A stretch of DNA of 64,000 nt from NCBI RefSeq assembly GCF_024228675.1, contig NZ_CP100461.1, forward strand, positions 2,103,397 to 2,167,396. The letters run 5' to 3'. The translations under genes and the position numbers were made by a program. Below are positions 38,360 to 48,476 of this stretch, piece after piece. The first letter of the stretch is position 1. Each line of letters starts with the position of its first letter. Under the pieces are notes generated by a model that worked only from the letters and a program-made list of their open reading frames with translations, made no database searches and was not told the origin of the DNA. This DNA comes from Salinigranum marinum. Its GTDB lineage: Archaea; Halobacteriota; Halobacteria; Halobacteriales; Haloferacaceae.

Positions 38360-39139
38360 CTACCGGATCTGCTCGATTCTGACCTCGTCCCCGACGGAGA
38401 GTCCGAACGCCTCGTCCCCTCTTCCCCGGTTCACGTCGCACTCGACGTTGCCGTGGCTCCCGACCGTCACCAGCCGCTCCCCGGACTCGACCGACGCGAA
38501 CGACGTGCCGACAGGGGCGGATTCGCCGTTCACCCGGACCCGGGTACCGTCGTCGACGCCGGCGAGAAACGACCCGGGAACGTTGGTGATCACGTTGCCG
38601 AAGTCGTCGACGACGAGCGCCTCGCCGCGTGCGGATCCGTCCTCCACCGTCGCCGTCGGGAGCCGCAGGTCGACGTAGTCGTCGGTGGGAACGACGCGGT
38701 CCAGCGTCTCCGCCGCCGACACGCCCACGCGGTGGACGGCCGCGGCGGCGGGAGCGAACACGTCGCGGCCGTGGAAGGTGTTCGAGGCCGGGGTGTCGTA
38801 CTCGTACGCGAACACCTCGACGGCGGCGTCGTCCGCGGCCGCGAGCACCCGCGCGGCCGGGATCGCGACGCCGTTGTCGGGGGCGACGAGCGCGTGGTCG
38901 CCCGCGCGGACGACGAGCGCGGCGCGATCGGTCCCCACGCCGGGGTCGACGACGAGGAGGTGGACGGCGGGCGGGAACTCCGGGAGGACGAACCGGGTCC
39001 AGAAGGCGGCGGCGCGGACGTCCTGGCGTGGGAGATCGTGGGCGACGTCGACCAGTTTCGCTCCGGGGTCGTCCGAGAGGAGCACGCCGCGCATCGCCGC
39101 CGGATACGGCGAGCCGAAGTCCGAACTCAGCGTCAGCAC
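38360..39139 (-). CDS. SAM hydroxide adenosyltransferase-family protein (DUF62; fluorinase/chlorinase-like SAM hydrolase)
   Basis: 259 aa. N-terminal LTLSSDFG and central DVFAPAA/HGRDVF motifs of the SAM-hydrolase fold. GTG start 2 nt after the nadM stop. Confidence 0.7.
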   Translation of the reverse strand: MLTLSSDFGSPYPAAMRGVLLSDDPGAKLVDVAHDLPRQDVRAAAFWTRFVLPEFPPAVHLLVVDPGVGTDRAALVVRAGDHALVAPDNGVAIPAARVLAAADDAAVEVFAYEYDTPASNTFHGRDVFAPAAAAVHRVGVSAAETLDRVVPTDDYVDLRLPTATVEDGSARGEALVVDDFGNVITNVPGSFLAGVDDGTRVRVNGESAPVGTSFASVESGERLVTVGSHGNVECDVNRGRGDEAFGLSVGDEVRIEQIR

Positions 39140-39141
39140 GG

Positions 39142-39708
39142 CTACTCGGGATCGCTGGTCGCGTCGCGCCCCGCCTCGCTGTTCGTGTCGGAGTCGGAGA
39201 CGCGCTGGATGCGTTCGATGCCGCCGATCTCGTCGATGACGTCGACGACCGGGGGCGGGACGAGCGACTTCCAGTCGCCGCCGGAGATCATCCGCTCGCG
39301 GAGTTCGGTCCCCTCGAGGACGTCGCGGTTGAACATCGGCGACTGCCGTACTTCGACCCCCGCCTCGTGGAACAGCTGGATGACGAGCGGATTGTTCGAG
39401 TACGCCACGTCGAACGTCGGCGACATCGACTGGACGTGACTCACCCACACCGAGTTCCGGTCGAGGTCCTCGATAGGGACGGCGTAGGTGACAACGTCGA
39501 AGTCGGCGACGGACTTGGTGACCATCATGATGCGCTCGCCGGCGGTGAAGGGGTTTCGTCGCGCGTGGGAGTCCCCGGCGGAGCCGATCCCGAGCACGAG
39601 CTCGTCGACCTCGGCCGCGATCTCCTCGACCATCCTGTGGTGGCCGTTGTGATAGGGCTGGAACCGCCCGATGTAGAACCCCCGCATGAGCGTATGATTC
39701 TCGGCCAT
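39142..39708 (-). CDS. nadM: Nicotinamide-nucleotide adenylyltransferase (archaeal NMNAT)
   Basis: GRFQPYHNGH (HxGH nucleotidyltransferase motif), SxT-like region. 188 aa; the start may be the internal MRGFYIGRF. Confidence 0.85.
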   Translation of the reverse strand: MAENHTLMRGFYIGRFQPYHNGHHRMVEEIAAEVDELVLGIGSAGDSHARRNPFTAGERIMMVTKSVADFDVVTYAVPIEDLDRNSVWVSHVQSMSPTFDVAYSNNPLVIQLFHEAGVEVRQSPMFNRDVLEGTELRERMISGGDWKSLVPPPVVDVIDEIGGIERIQRVSDSDTNSEAGRDATSDPE

Positions 39709-39854
39709 CTTTTATAAAGGCGGCGAGTCGACGCAAACGGCGTCTCCGGACGGTATAGCGGCCGTAGCATCCGTTTATCAGTGATGTGCCGGACGTGCCG
39801 TTGGGGAGAAAGTATATCAGTCGCGCGACCCTGGTTGAGAGTAGCAACGCTTCT

Positions 39855-42038
39855 ATGAGCAACGACATGGAAACCGACGACACACCCCCGGATCGCGGGG
39901 GTGCAGACCACTCGGACTCGTCCGCCTCCGAGGAGACTCCGTCGGAGTCTCACGAGCGCGAGCGCGAGCGTGACCACGAGCGCCAGCGAGGGCACGACGA
40001 CAGCGAGCGCCAACGAGGGCACGACGAGCGCACGCAGGGGCGCGAGACCGATGAGATCGAGAAACAGACCATCGACGATCTCGACGAACTCGGCAGTTCC
40101 GTCGACGTCGAGGTAGACGGCGAGGCGACCATCGAGGAGAACCCCTCGGAGGACGACCTGCTCGGCGGGCTCCGGATCGACTCGACGCAGGAGATCGAAG
40201 TCCCGGATCGGCTCGTCGACCAGGTCATCGGCCAGGAACACGCCCGTGACGTCGTCCTGAAGGCCGCCAAGCAGCGGCGTCACGTGATGATGATCGGGTC
40301 GCCGGGGACCGGCAAGTCGATGCTGGCCAAGGCGATGTCCGAGCTCCTCCCGAAGGAGGAACTCCAGGACGTCCTCGTCTACCACAACCCCGACGACGGC
40401 AACAAGCCGAAAGTCCGGACCGTGCCGTCGGGCAAGGGCGAGCAGATCGTTGAGGCCCACAAGGAGGAGGCGCGCAAGCGGAACCAGATGCGCTCGTTCC
40501 TCATGTGGATCATCATCGCGATCGTGCTCGGCTACTCGCTCATCATCGCCGGGCAGATCCTCCTCGGGATCCTCGCAGCGGGGATCATCTACCTCGCGTT
40601 CCGCTACGGCTCTCGTAGTGGGGACGCGATGATCCCGAACCTCATCGTCAACAACGCCGACCAGACGACCGCGCCGTTCGAGGACTCGACGGGTGCCCAC
40701 GCGGGCGCGCTGCTCGGCGACGTCCGCCACGACCCGTTCCAGTCGGGCGGCATGGAGACGCCGAGCCACGACCGCGTCGAGCCCGGCGCGATCCACAAGG
40801 CCAACAAAGGCGTGCTGTTCATCGACGAGATCAACACGCTCGACATCCGCTCCCAGCAGCACCTCATGACGGCGATCCAGGAGGGCGCGTTCTCGATCAC
40901 GGGCCAGTCCGAGCGGTCCTCGGGCGCGATGGTCCAGACCGAGCCCGTCCCCACCGATTTCGTCATGGTCGCCGCGGGGAACCTCGACGCGATGGAGAAC
41001 ATGCACCCCGCCCTTCGGAGTCGTATCAAGGGGTACGGCTACGAGGTGTACATGGACGACACCATCGAGGACTCCCCCGAGATGCGCCGCAAGTACGCGC
41101 GCTTCGTGGCCCAGGAGATCTCGAACGACGGCCGCCTGCCGCACTTCACCGAGAACGCGGTCGAAGAGGTCATCCTCGAGGCGCGACGCCGTGCGGGTCG
41201 CAAGGGCCACCTCACGCTGGAGTTCCGGAACCTCGGTGGGCTCGTTCGAGTGGCGGGCGACATCGCCCGCTCCGAGGACGCGGAGTTCACGACGCGCGAT
41301 CACGTCCTCCAGGCGAAGGGTCGCGCCCGCTCGATCGAGCAGCAGATAGCCGACGAGTACATCCAGCGGCGCAAGGACTACGAGCTCTCGGTCAACGAGG
41401 GCTTCGTCACGGGCCGTGTCAACGGACTCGCAGTCATGGGCCAAGACTCCGGCATCATGCTCCCCGTCATGGCCGAGGTCACCCCCTCGCAGGGGCCCGG
41501 CCAGGTCATCGCCACGGGGCAGCTGAAGGAGATGGCCGAGGAGTCGGTCCAGAACGTCTCCGCGATCATCAAGAAGTTCTCGGATCAGGACCTCTCGGAG
41601 ATGGACGTCCACGTCCAGTTCGTCCAGACCGGACAGCAGGGCGTCGACGGCGACTCCGCGTCGATCACGGTGGCGACGGCGGTCATCTCGGCGCTGGAGG
41701 ACATCCCCGTCGATCAGGGTATCGCGATGACTGGCTCGCTCTCCGTGCGCGGTGACGTCCTCCCCGTCGGCGGCGTCACGCACAAGATCGAGGCCGCGGC
41801 GAAAGCCGGCTGCGAGAAGGTCATCATCCCTGCGGCGAACGAGCAGGACGTGATGATCGAAGACGAGTACAAGGAGATGGTCGAGATCATCCCCGTCTCG
41901 CACATCAGCGAGGTGCTCGACGTCGCCCTCGAGGGCGAACCCGAGAAGGACTCGCTCGTCGACCGGCTGAAGACGATCACCGGCTCCGCGCTCCCGAAGA
42001 AGGGCGTCCGCGGTCCGTCGAGTCCCAGCCCACAGTAG
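39855..42038 (+). CDS. lonB: Archaeal membrane-bound ATP-dependent Lon protease (LonB) with an acidic/His-rich repeat-containing N-terminal extension
   Basis: AAA+ Walker [12 protein letters not shown] hairpin ([35 protein letters not shown]) is inserted in the AAA+ domain, a LonB hallmark. C-terminal protease domain with the Ser-Lys dyad region. Confidence 0.9.
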   Translation: MSNDMETDDTPPDRGGADHSDSSASEETPSESHERERERDHERQRGHDDSERQRGHDERTQGRETDEIEKQTIDDLDELGSSVDVEVDGEATIEENPSEDDLLGGLRIDSTQEIEVPDRLVDQVIGQEHARDVVLKAAKQRRHVMMIGSPGTGKSMLAKAMSELLPKEELQDVLVYHNPDDGNKPKVRTVPSGKGEQIVEAHKEEARKRNQMRSFLMWIIIAIVLGYSLIIAGQILLGILAAGIIYLAFRYGSRSGDAMIPNLIVNNADQTTAPFEDSTGAHAGALLGDVRHDPFQSGGMETPSHDRVEPGAIHKANKGVLFIDEINTLDIRSQQHLMTAIQEGAFSITGQSERSSGAMVQTEPVPTDFVMVAAGNLDAMENMHPALRSRIKGYGYEVYMDDTIEDSPEMRRKYARFVAQEISNDGRLPHFTENAVEEVILEARRRAGRKGHLTLEFRNLGGLVRVAGDIARSEDAEFTTRDHVLQAKGRARSIEQQIADEYIQRRKDYELSVNEGFVTGRVNGLAVMGQDSGIMLPVMAEVTPSQGPGQVIATGQLKEMAEESVQNVSAIIKKFSDQDLSEMDVHVQFVQTGQQGVDGDSASITVATAVISALEDIPVDQGIAMTGSLSVRGDVLPVGGVTHKIEAAAKAGCEKVIIPAANEQDVMIEDEYKEMVEIIPVSHISEVLDVALEGEPEKDSLVDRLKTITGSALPKKGVRGPSSPSPQ

Positions 42039-42887
42039 ATGCCCGACTGGGCGACGTTCGCCGGGTTCGCGGGCGTCGTCCTCTTCTTTCTCCTCCTTCT
42101 CGCCCACGCGTCGAAGTCCGCCGTGAGCGACGCGCCTCCCTCCCGGTCGACCCGGCCGCAGCCGGGTTCGGTCGATCCGGGCGTCGCGGATCTGGCTCAC
42201 GACGACGTCGCCACACGGCCGGACGCGACGGCCGCCGGGTCGGCTCCCGAACTCGACGGGCCGAACCCGGCCGGCCGCGTCAACGCGACACAGCCACAGC
42301 TGTCCACGACCGCGCTGCTCGCGAACGTCGCCGTCTCACAGGGCGCGTTCGGGTTCTTGCTCCTCGCCGGCGCGTGGTTCACCGAGATCCCGATCGCCGC
42401 ATTCGGCGTCTCTGCCCCCGTCGTCTCGCCGGTGACGGTCGGCGTCGGAGTCGCCCTCGGCGGCGGGCTGTACGTGGCCAACGAGGTCGGCGCGACGGTC
42501 GGTGAACGGCTCGGTGTCGGTGCCGACGAGGGGCTCCGCGAGGCGCTCGCTCCCGAGTCTCTCGGAGGGTGGGCGGTGCTCCTGCTCGTCGTGCTCCCGA
42601 TCATCGCCGGCTTCGAGGAACTCCTGTTCCGGGGGGTGCTCGTCGGCGTCTTCGCGGCCGGCTTCGGCCTCTCGCCGTGGCTGCTCGCGGCCCTCTCCTC
42701 CGTGGCGTTCGCGCTCGGTCACGGCGCACAGGGACCCGCCGGCGTCGTCGTCACCGGCGTCCTCGGCTTCGTCCTCGCCGCCGCGTTCGTCCTCACCGGG
42801 AGCCTCCTCGTCGTCGTCGTCGCACACTACCTAGTGAACGCGCTGGAGTTCGTCGTCCACGAAGGGATCGACCGCGAGTGGGCGTGA
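42039..42887 (+). CDS. abi: CPBP-family intramembrane glutamic endopeptidase (CAAX protease / Abi)
   Basis: Motifs EELLFRG and FALGH. Multi-TM. ATG directly abuts the lonB TAG (tagATG), so the pair is likely co-transcribed. Confidence 0.8.
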   Translation: MPDWATFAGFAGVVLFFLLLLAHASKSAVSDAPPSRSTRPQPGSVDPGVADLAHDDVATRPDATAAGSAPELDGPNPAGRVNATQPQLSTTALLANVAVSQGAFGFLLLAGAWFTEIPIAAFGVSAPVVSPVTVGVGVALGGGLYVANEVGATVGERLGVGADEGLREALAPESLGGWAVLLLVVLPIIAGFEELLFRGVLVGVFAAGFGLSPWLLAALSSVAFALGHGAQGPAGVVVTGVLGFVLAAAFVLTGSLLVVVVAHYLVNALEFVVHEGIDREWA

Positions 42888-43139
42888 AGGCGGGTCGCTC
42901 GGATAGACGTGGTGGCTGACGGACGGCGCGCGTGTCCTCCGGGGTGAGGTGCCGTCGCGTCGCGCGTCACCCCGGAGCCGCTCTCACGACATACGACGGG
43001 GTGGCCGCGGGATCGGATATGAACCCTCGCGGGCTCGGTCGAGGGGTGTCTCGTCCGGGAGGGATCGAGCACGATGAGTACGAACGGGGTATCGACGAGC
43101 GAGCGCGACTCACGCACCACCGCGGCCTCTCGCCGCGCG

Positions 43140-43634
43140 TCACGACCCCGACTCGACCGACCGCAACAGCCGGACGACCTCGTCCGGGGTCGCCCCCGGT
43201 CCTTCGACTCGGTGGTCCGGGACGAACAGCGGGACGGGGTTCTCGCGGAGCGCGGCCTCGACCGTCCGCAGGTCGTCGTCGTCCTCGTCGTCCAGCCCGG
43301 CGAGACGGGCGATCCGCGCCACCGAGACGGTCTCGCCGTGCGGGACGTTCCTGACCGCTTCGAGGATCGACCGGTGGCTCGTCGGCACCGTGAGCGCCAC
43401 CTGGACGTCGTCGAACTGATCCGCCTCGCCGTCGAGGTACGCCCCGATGCGGTCGAGCAGTGGATGGTCGGAGTCGGCGTCGGCGGGCACGTCGTCGGGG
43501 AAGGAGACGCCGACGACGCGACCGCTCGCCACGCCGAGTTCGACCACGCACCCCTCGAACGTACGGGCGAAGACGCCCGCGTCGGTGGCTGGTCCGGGAC
43601 TCATACCGCCCAGTCGGCCCCGAAGCGTCTTCAA
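43140..43634 (-). CDS. MGMT/Ogt-family protein (methylated-DNA-protein-cysteine methyltransferase fold) with the active-site Cys replaced by Asp
   Basis: C-terminal HTH ([29 protein letters not shown]) and [15 protein letters not shown] where the canonical motif is PCHRV. N-terminal MGMT-N-like domain. Start possibly the internal MSPGPATD. Confidence 0.65.
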   Translation of the reverse strand: MKTLRGRLGGMSPGPATDAGVFARTFEGCVVELGVASGRVVGVSFPDDVPADADSDHPLLDRIGAYLDGEADQFDDVQVALTVPTSHRSILEAVRNVPHGETVSVARIARLAGLDDEDDDDLRTVEAALRENPVPLFVPDHRVEGPGATPDEVVRLLRSVESGS

Positions 43635-43688
43635 CCCCCGTCCCGCCCGTACCCGCCGCGTCCCGCAAGTCTTATGAACAGATCAGTC

Positions 43689-43706
43689 CATCAGTGTACA
43701 CTGATG
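43689..43706 (+). promoter_or_regulatory. Perfect 18-bp palindrome CATCAGTGTACACTGATG ending on the trpC ATG, 10 bp downstream of a TATA-like box (cTTATGaa, 43672-43678)
   Basis: Read directly. Its reverse complement is identical. It overlaps the proposed trpC start codon (43704-43706) and sits in the 70-bp divergent region between the MGMT-like gene and trpC. Confidence 0.55.
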
Positions 43707-44582
43707 AACGCTACTGACGAGGAGATGGCCCCCGCGGTCCGCGCCATCCTGGAGACCGCGCGGGAGCGACCGGGCGGCGACGCCCGCGTCTCCGTCGACG
43801 CACGGTCGTTCCCCGACGCGGTCGCCGCCACCGAAAAGGAGGGCCGAACGCCGGTGATCGCGGAGGTGAAGCCGACGAGCCCAACGACCGACGGCCTCGT
43901 CGACGAGGACCCGGTCGCCCTCGCCCGCGAGATGGTCGCCGGTGGTGCGACCGCGCTCTCGGTGCTGACGGAGCCCGAGCACTTCGGCGGGTCGGCCGAC
44001 GCGCTCCGGCGGGTGCGGGAAGCCGTCGACGTCCCGGTGCTTCGGAAGGACTTCCTCATGCACGAGGCACAGCTAGACGTCGTCGAGGCCGACCTCGTCC
44101 TGCTGATCGCCCGCTTCCTCGGCGAGGACCTCGGGGCGATGGTCGACGCCGCCGCCGAACGGGGGTTCCAGCCGCTCGTCGAGGTCCACTCCCGCACGGA
44201 GCTCCAAGCGGCGGTCGACGCCGGCGCGCCCATCGTCGGCGTCAACAACCGCGACCTCGCGCGTCTCGACGTCGAGTTGGGGACGTTCGAGCGGGTCGCG
44301 CCCGACGCCCCCGACGACCTGACGCTCGTCGCCGAGAGCGGCATCACGACGGCCGACGACGCCCGGCGGATGCGGCGGGCCGGGGCGAGCGCGCTCCTCA
44401 TCGGTAGTGCAATCATGGACGGGGACGTTCGAACGAACACGGAGCGGTTCGTCCGGAGCGAACGGGCGACCACGGATACGGATGCAGACGCGGATGCGGA
44501 TGCAGATGCGGAACCGAACACGGACGGCACCGACGAGAACGCGACGACAGCGACGGCGGACACGACACCCGAGACACAATGA
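43704..44582 (+). CDS. trpC: Indole-3-glycerol phosphate synthase
   Basis: TIM-barrel IGPS motifs ([25 protein letters not shown]). In-frame alternative ATG at 43674. Low-complexity acidic/Thr-rich C-terminal tail. Confidence 0.85.
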   Translation: MNATDEEMAPAVRAILETARERPGGDARVSVDARSFPDAVAATEKEGRTPVIAEVKPTSPTTDGLVDEDPVALAREMVAGGATALSVLTEPEHFGGSADALRRVREAVDVPVLRKDFLMHEAQLDVVEADLVLLIARFLGEDLGAMVDAAAERGFQPLVEVHSRTELQAAVDAGAPIVGVNNRDLARLDVELGTFERVAPDAPDDLTLVAESGITTADDARRMRRAGASALLIGSAIMDGDVRTNTERFVRSERATTDTDADADADADAEPNTDGTDENATTATADTTPETQ

Positions 44583-45856
44583 GCACGGACACGGACGGCA
44601 AGTTCGGCGACTACGGCGGACAGTACGTGCCGGAAGCGTTGATGCCGGCGATCGAAGAACTCACCGACGCCTACGAGCGGTACGTCCTCGGCAACGAGGA
44701 CGGCTTCATGGACGAGTTCCGGCGTCGACTGCGTGACTTCGGCGGTCGCCCGACGCCGCTTCAGCGGGCGGACCGACTCTCGGAACGCTACGACCGGGAG
44801 GTGTACCTCAAACGTGAGGATCTCTTGCACGGTGGCGCGCACAAACTCAACAACGCGCTCGGGCAGGTGCTCCTCGCGAAGTACATGGGCAAAGAGCGCA
44901 TCATCGCCGAGACCGGGGCGGGCCAGCACGGGACCGCGACGGCGATGGCCGCGGCGCATCTCGACATGCCGTGTGAGATCTACATGGGGACGCGCGACAT
45001 CAACCGCCAGCGACCCAACGTCTTCCGGATGCGGATCAACGGCTCCGAGGTGAACCCGGTGACGATCGGCCGCGGCACGCTCAAGGAGGCGATCTCCGAG
45101 ACGATGCGCGACTGGGCAACCACGGTCGAGACGACCCACTACGTCATCGGCTCGGTCGTCGGCCCGCACCCGTTCCCGGCGATGGTCAGGGACTTCCAGG
45201 CGGTCATCAGCGAGGAGGCCCGCCGGCAGTTGCTCGACCGCGTCGGCACGCTCCCGGACTCCGTGCTGACGTGCGCGGGCGGTGGCTCCAACACGATGGG
45301 CCTGTTCGCAAACTTCGTCGACGACGAGGACGTGCGCCTGATCGCCGTCGAGGCCGGCGGCTCCTCGCTCGCGGTCGACGAGGAGTCGGGCGTCGCCCCC
45401 AACTCCGCCTCGCTCTCGACGGGAACCGAGGGCGTGCTCCACGGTGCCCGGACGAAGCTCCTGCAGGACTCCGAGGGCCAGATCATGGAGTCGCACTCGG
45501 TCTCGTCCGGCCTCGACTACTCGGGGGTCGGCCCGGAACTCGCGTACCTCGTCGACGAGGGCCGCGTCGTGCCCGTCAACGTCGACGACGACGACGCACT
45601 GGAGGGGTTCCACCGCCTCTCGCAGATGGAGGGGATCATCCCTGCGCTCGAATCGGCACACGCAGTCGGGTATCTCGAGAACCACCTCGGGCCCGACGCC
45701 GACGGGGAGAGCGAGGAAGCGGCGGCGCTCGGCGACACCATCCTCCTCAACGTCTCCGGCCGCGGCGACAAGGACCTCGAGACCGTGATCGAAGAGACCG
45801 CCGAGCGCGACATCCCGAACGCGCCGGAGATGGACGCGTTCAGGGGGAGCTTCTGA
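44579..45856 (+). CDS. trpB: Tryptophan synthase beta chain
   Basis: PLP-lysine region [28 protein letters not shown] overlap with the trpC stop. Confidence 0.93.
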   Translation: MSTDTDGKFGDYGGQYVPEALMPAIEELTDAYERYVLGNEDGFMDEFRRRLRDFGGRPTPLQRADRLSERYDREVYLKREDLLHGGAHKLNNALGQVLLAKYMGKERIIAETGAGQHGTATAMAAAHLDMPCEIYMGTRDINRQRPNVFRMRINGSEVNPVTIGRGTLKEAISETMRDWATTVETTHYVIGSVVGPHPFPAMVRDFQAVISEEARRQLLDRVGTLPDSVLTCAGGGSNTMGLFANFVDDEDVRLIAVEAGGSSLAVDEESGVAPNSASLSTGTEGVLHGARTKLLQDSEGQIMESHSVSSGLDYSGVGPELAYLVDEGRVVPVNVDDDDALEGFHRLSQMEGIIPALESAHAVGYLENHLGPDADGESEEAAALGDTILLNVSGRGDKDLETVIEETAERDIPNAPEMDAFRGSF

Positions 45857-46761
45857 TGGCCGGAAACCGGATCGCCGAGGCGTTCGCCGACGGACCGGCG
45901 TTCGTCCCGTACCTCGCGGCGGGCGACCCCGATTACGAGGGTTCGAAAGAGTACGTCGAGGCGCTCGCCCGCGGCGGCGCGGACGTCATCGAACTCGGGC
46001 TCCCATTCTCGGAACCGATCGCGGAGGGGCCGACGATCCAGCAGGCGATCGTCCGGTCGCTGGAGTCGGGGATGACGCCAGAGCGCTTTTTCGACTTCGT
46101 CGAGGAACTCGACGTGGACGTCCCACTGGTGTGTATGACGTACTACAACCTCATCTACCAGTACGGGCGGAGCGAGGCGCGACGCACCTCGGAGGCGGCG
46201 AGCGGCGAAGCCGCGAGTGGGACGGGCGAACCCGGCCCGGAAGCGTTCGTCGAACGCGCCGCCGAGGTGGGCATCGAGGGGTTCGTCGTCCCCGACCTCC
46301 CCGCCGAGGAGGCGGACGACCTCCGCGAGGCCTGCGACGCGCATGGATTGGACCTCGTCTTCATCGTCGCCCCCACCACGAAAGGCGACCGCCTGCGTCG
46401 GGTCATGGAGCAGGTGTCGGGCTACGTCTACGTGCAGGCTCGCCTCGGCGTGACGGGCGCGCGCGACGACGTCTCCGATCAGACCGAGGAGTCGCTCGCC
46501 CGTCTCGCCGAGTGGGACGTCCCGAAGGCGGTCGGGTTCGGCATCAAGACCGGCGACCACGCCGAGCGCATCGTCGCCGCCGGTGCCGACGGGGTCATCG
46601 TCGGATCGGCGCTCGTCGATATCGTGGCGGAGGGTCACGAACAGGAGGCACCCGTCGCCGAGACGGCCGCCCGGATCGAGGAGCTCGCGCGCGAACTGAA
46701 ACAGGGGGCGCTCCGCGGTGCGGAGACGGCGCAATCGACACCGCAAGCGGAACGCACATAA
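45856..46761 (+). CDS. trpA: Tryptophan synthase alpha chain
   Basis: [14 protein letters not shown] motifs. TGATG overlap with trpB. Contains a Ser/Ala/Glu-rich insertion ([21 protein letters not shown]). Confidence 0.9.
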   Translation: MAGNRIAEAFADGPAFVPYLAAGDPDYEGSKEYVEALARGGADVIELGLPFSEPIAEGPTIQQAIVRSLESGMTPERFFDFVEELDVDVPLVCMTYYNLIYQYGRSEARRTSEAASGEAASGTGEPGPEAFVERAAEVGIEGFVVPDLPAEEADDLREACDAHGLDLVFIVAPTTKGDRLRRVMEQVSGYVYVQARLGVTGARDDVSDQTEESLARLAEWDVPKAVGFGIKTGDHAERIVAAGADGVIVGSALVDIVAEGHEQEAPVAETAARIEELARELKQGALRGAETAQSTPQAERT

Positions 46762-46791
46762 CCACCGATTGATACAGATTCTCACACTACA

Positions 46792-47610
46792 ATGGACCCC
46801 GGAACCACAGCACGACTCGACCGCATCTCGACAGGGGGCAACTACCTCATCGTCCCGATGGACCACGGCATCACGCTCGGCGCGATCAAGGGACTGAAAG
46901 ACATCGAATCCACCATCGACGGCATCACTCGCGGGGGAGCCGACGCGGTGTTGACGCAGAAGGGGATCGCCCCGCGCGTCCACCCGCACAAGAACGGTGC
47001 GGGCTACATCGTCCACCTCAACGCCTCGACCTCGATCGGCCCCGACTCGAACGACAAACGACACACCGGGACGGTCAAGGAGGCGCTTCGGGCCGGTGCG
47101 GACGCCGTCTCCTACCACATCAACGTCGGCTCGAACTACGAACCCGACCAGATCGCCGAGCTCGCCCGGGTGACCGAATCCGCGAGCGAGTACGGCGTTC
47201 CCGTCCTCGCGATGGCGTACGCCCGCGGTGCCAACCTCATAGGCGACGACCCCGAACACGACGCCGAGTATCTCGGCCACGCGGTCCGCCTCGCCGAGGA
47301 ACTCGGCGCGGAGGTAGTAAAGACGGCCTACAGCGGCGACGCCGACTCGTTCGCACACGTCGTCGAGTCGACCCGGCTGCCCGTCGTCATCGCCGGTGGG
47401 GCGAAGGGAACCGACAGACAGACCGTCGAGAACGTCCGCGGCGCGATGGACGCCGGTGCGGCGGGCGTCTCGATGGGGCGGTCGATCTTCCAGCACGACG
47501 ACCCCGAAGCCATCACGCGCGCCGTCTCGGCCGTCATCCACGACGACGCCGCCGCGGACGAGGCGCTCGACGTCGCGGGGCTCTCCGAAGAGGCCGGCGC
47601 GCAGGCGTAA
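46792..47610 (+). CDS. aroA': Class I aldolase of the DhnA/DeoC family: 2-amino-3,7-dideoxy-D-threo-hept-6-ulosonate synthase (AroA') or class I FBP aldolase-like
   Basis: YLIVPMDHGITLG and Schiff-base Lys region VVKTAY. Sits in the trp-aro cluster next to aroB' type II. Confidence 0.78.
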   Translation: MDPGTTARLDRISTGGNYLIVPMDHGITLGAIKGLKDIESTIDGITRGGADAVLTQKGIAPRVHPHKNGAGYIVHLNASTSIGPDSNDKRHTGTVKEALRAGADAVSYHINVGSNYEPDQIAELARVTESASEYGVPVLAMAYARGANLIGDDPEHDAEYLGHAVRLAEELGAEVVKTAYSGDADSFAHVVESTRLPVVIAGGAKGTDRQTVENVRGAMDAGAAGVSMGRSIFQHDDPEAITRAVSAVIHDDAAADEALDVAGLSEEAGAQA

Positions 47611-47690
47611 CGACCGTCGCGACTGCCACCGACCCCGAGAGAGACGGAGCGGAGCGCCGCTGTTTTGCCCTCGCCGGTCGAACCGGCGTT

Positions 47691-48476
47691 GTGAACGTCT
47701 CCTACGACTACTCCGACACGACAGTCGTCGTTACCGGCGGCTCCAGCGGCATCGGTCGCGCCGTCGCCCGACGGTTCGGCGCGGCGGGCGCGACGGTCAT
47801 CAACGCGGACGTCAGGCGCGACCCGAAGGACATAGCGGAAGAACAGCCGACCGACGAACTCGTCGACGACGTCGGCGGCAGGGGCGTCTACGTCGAGACG
47901 GACGTTGCCGACGTCGCGGCGATCGAGGCCGTCGTCGAGGCCGCCCACGAGTACGGCGGCGTCGACGTCATGGTGAACAACGCGGCGATCTTCGTCAGCG
48001 GGAACATCCTCGACCTCGACCCCGCGGATTTCGACCGCCTCCACGCCGTGAACGCCAAGGGCGTCTTCTACGGCACGCAGGTCGCCGCTCTGGACATGAT
48101 CGACCGCGGTGTCGGAGGCTGTATCCTCAACACCGCCTCGATCAGCGCCGACCTCGCGCAGTTCGACCACGTCCAGTACGACTCGACGAAGGGCGCGGTG
48201 AAGATGATCACCCGGGGAGCGGCGCTCGAACTCGCCGACCACGGGGTCCGCGTCAACGCGGTCGCGCCGGGGCACGTCGCGACGGAGATCAGCGAAGGGT
48301 GGACCGAGAGCGCGTCCGAGGAGGTCCAGTCGGGTGAGGTGATCAAACACGTCCCGCTCGGCCGGGCGGCCACGCCCGAGGACGTCGCCGGCGCGTACCT
48401 CTTTCTCGCCAGCGACGACGCTCGCTACGTCACCGGCGAGACACTCTGGGTCGACGGCGGCCTGCAGGTGTTCTGA
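47691..48476 (+). CDS. Short-chain dehydrogenase/reductase (SDR) family oxidoreductase
   Basis: TGGSSGIGRA (cofactor), NNAA, catalytic YDSTK (YxxxK), PG motif. GTG start. Confidence 0.8.
   Translation: MNVSYDYSDTTVVVTGGSSGIGRAVARRFGAAGATVINADVRRDPKDIAEEQPTDELVDDVGGRGVYVETDVADVAAIEAVVEAAHEYGGVDVMVNNAAIFVSGNILDLDPADFDRLHAVNAKGVFYGTQVAALDMIDRGVGGCILNTASISADLAQFDHVQYDSTKGAVKMITRGAALELADHGVRVNAVAPGHVATEISEGWTESASEEVQSGEVIKHVPLGRAATPEDVAGAYLFLASDDARYVTGETLWVDGGLQVF

Noticed and set aside
39525-42200. 891-aa minus-strand ORF opposite lonB
   Set aside because: Antisense shadow of LonB with no motifs.
43691-45685. 664-aa minus-strand ORF opposite trpC-trpB
   Set aside because: Antisense to two well-supported genes.
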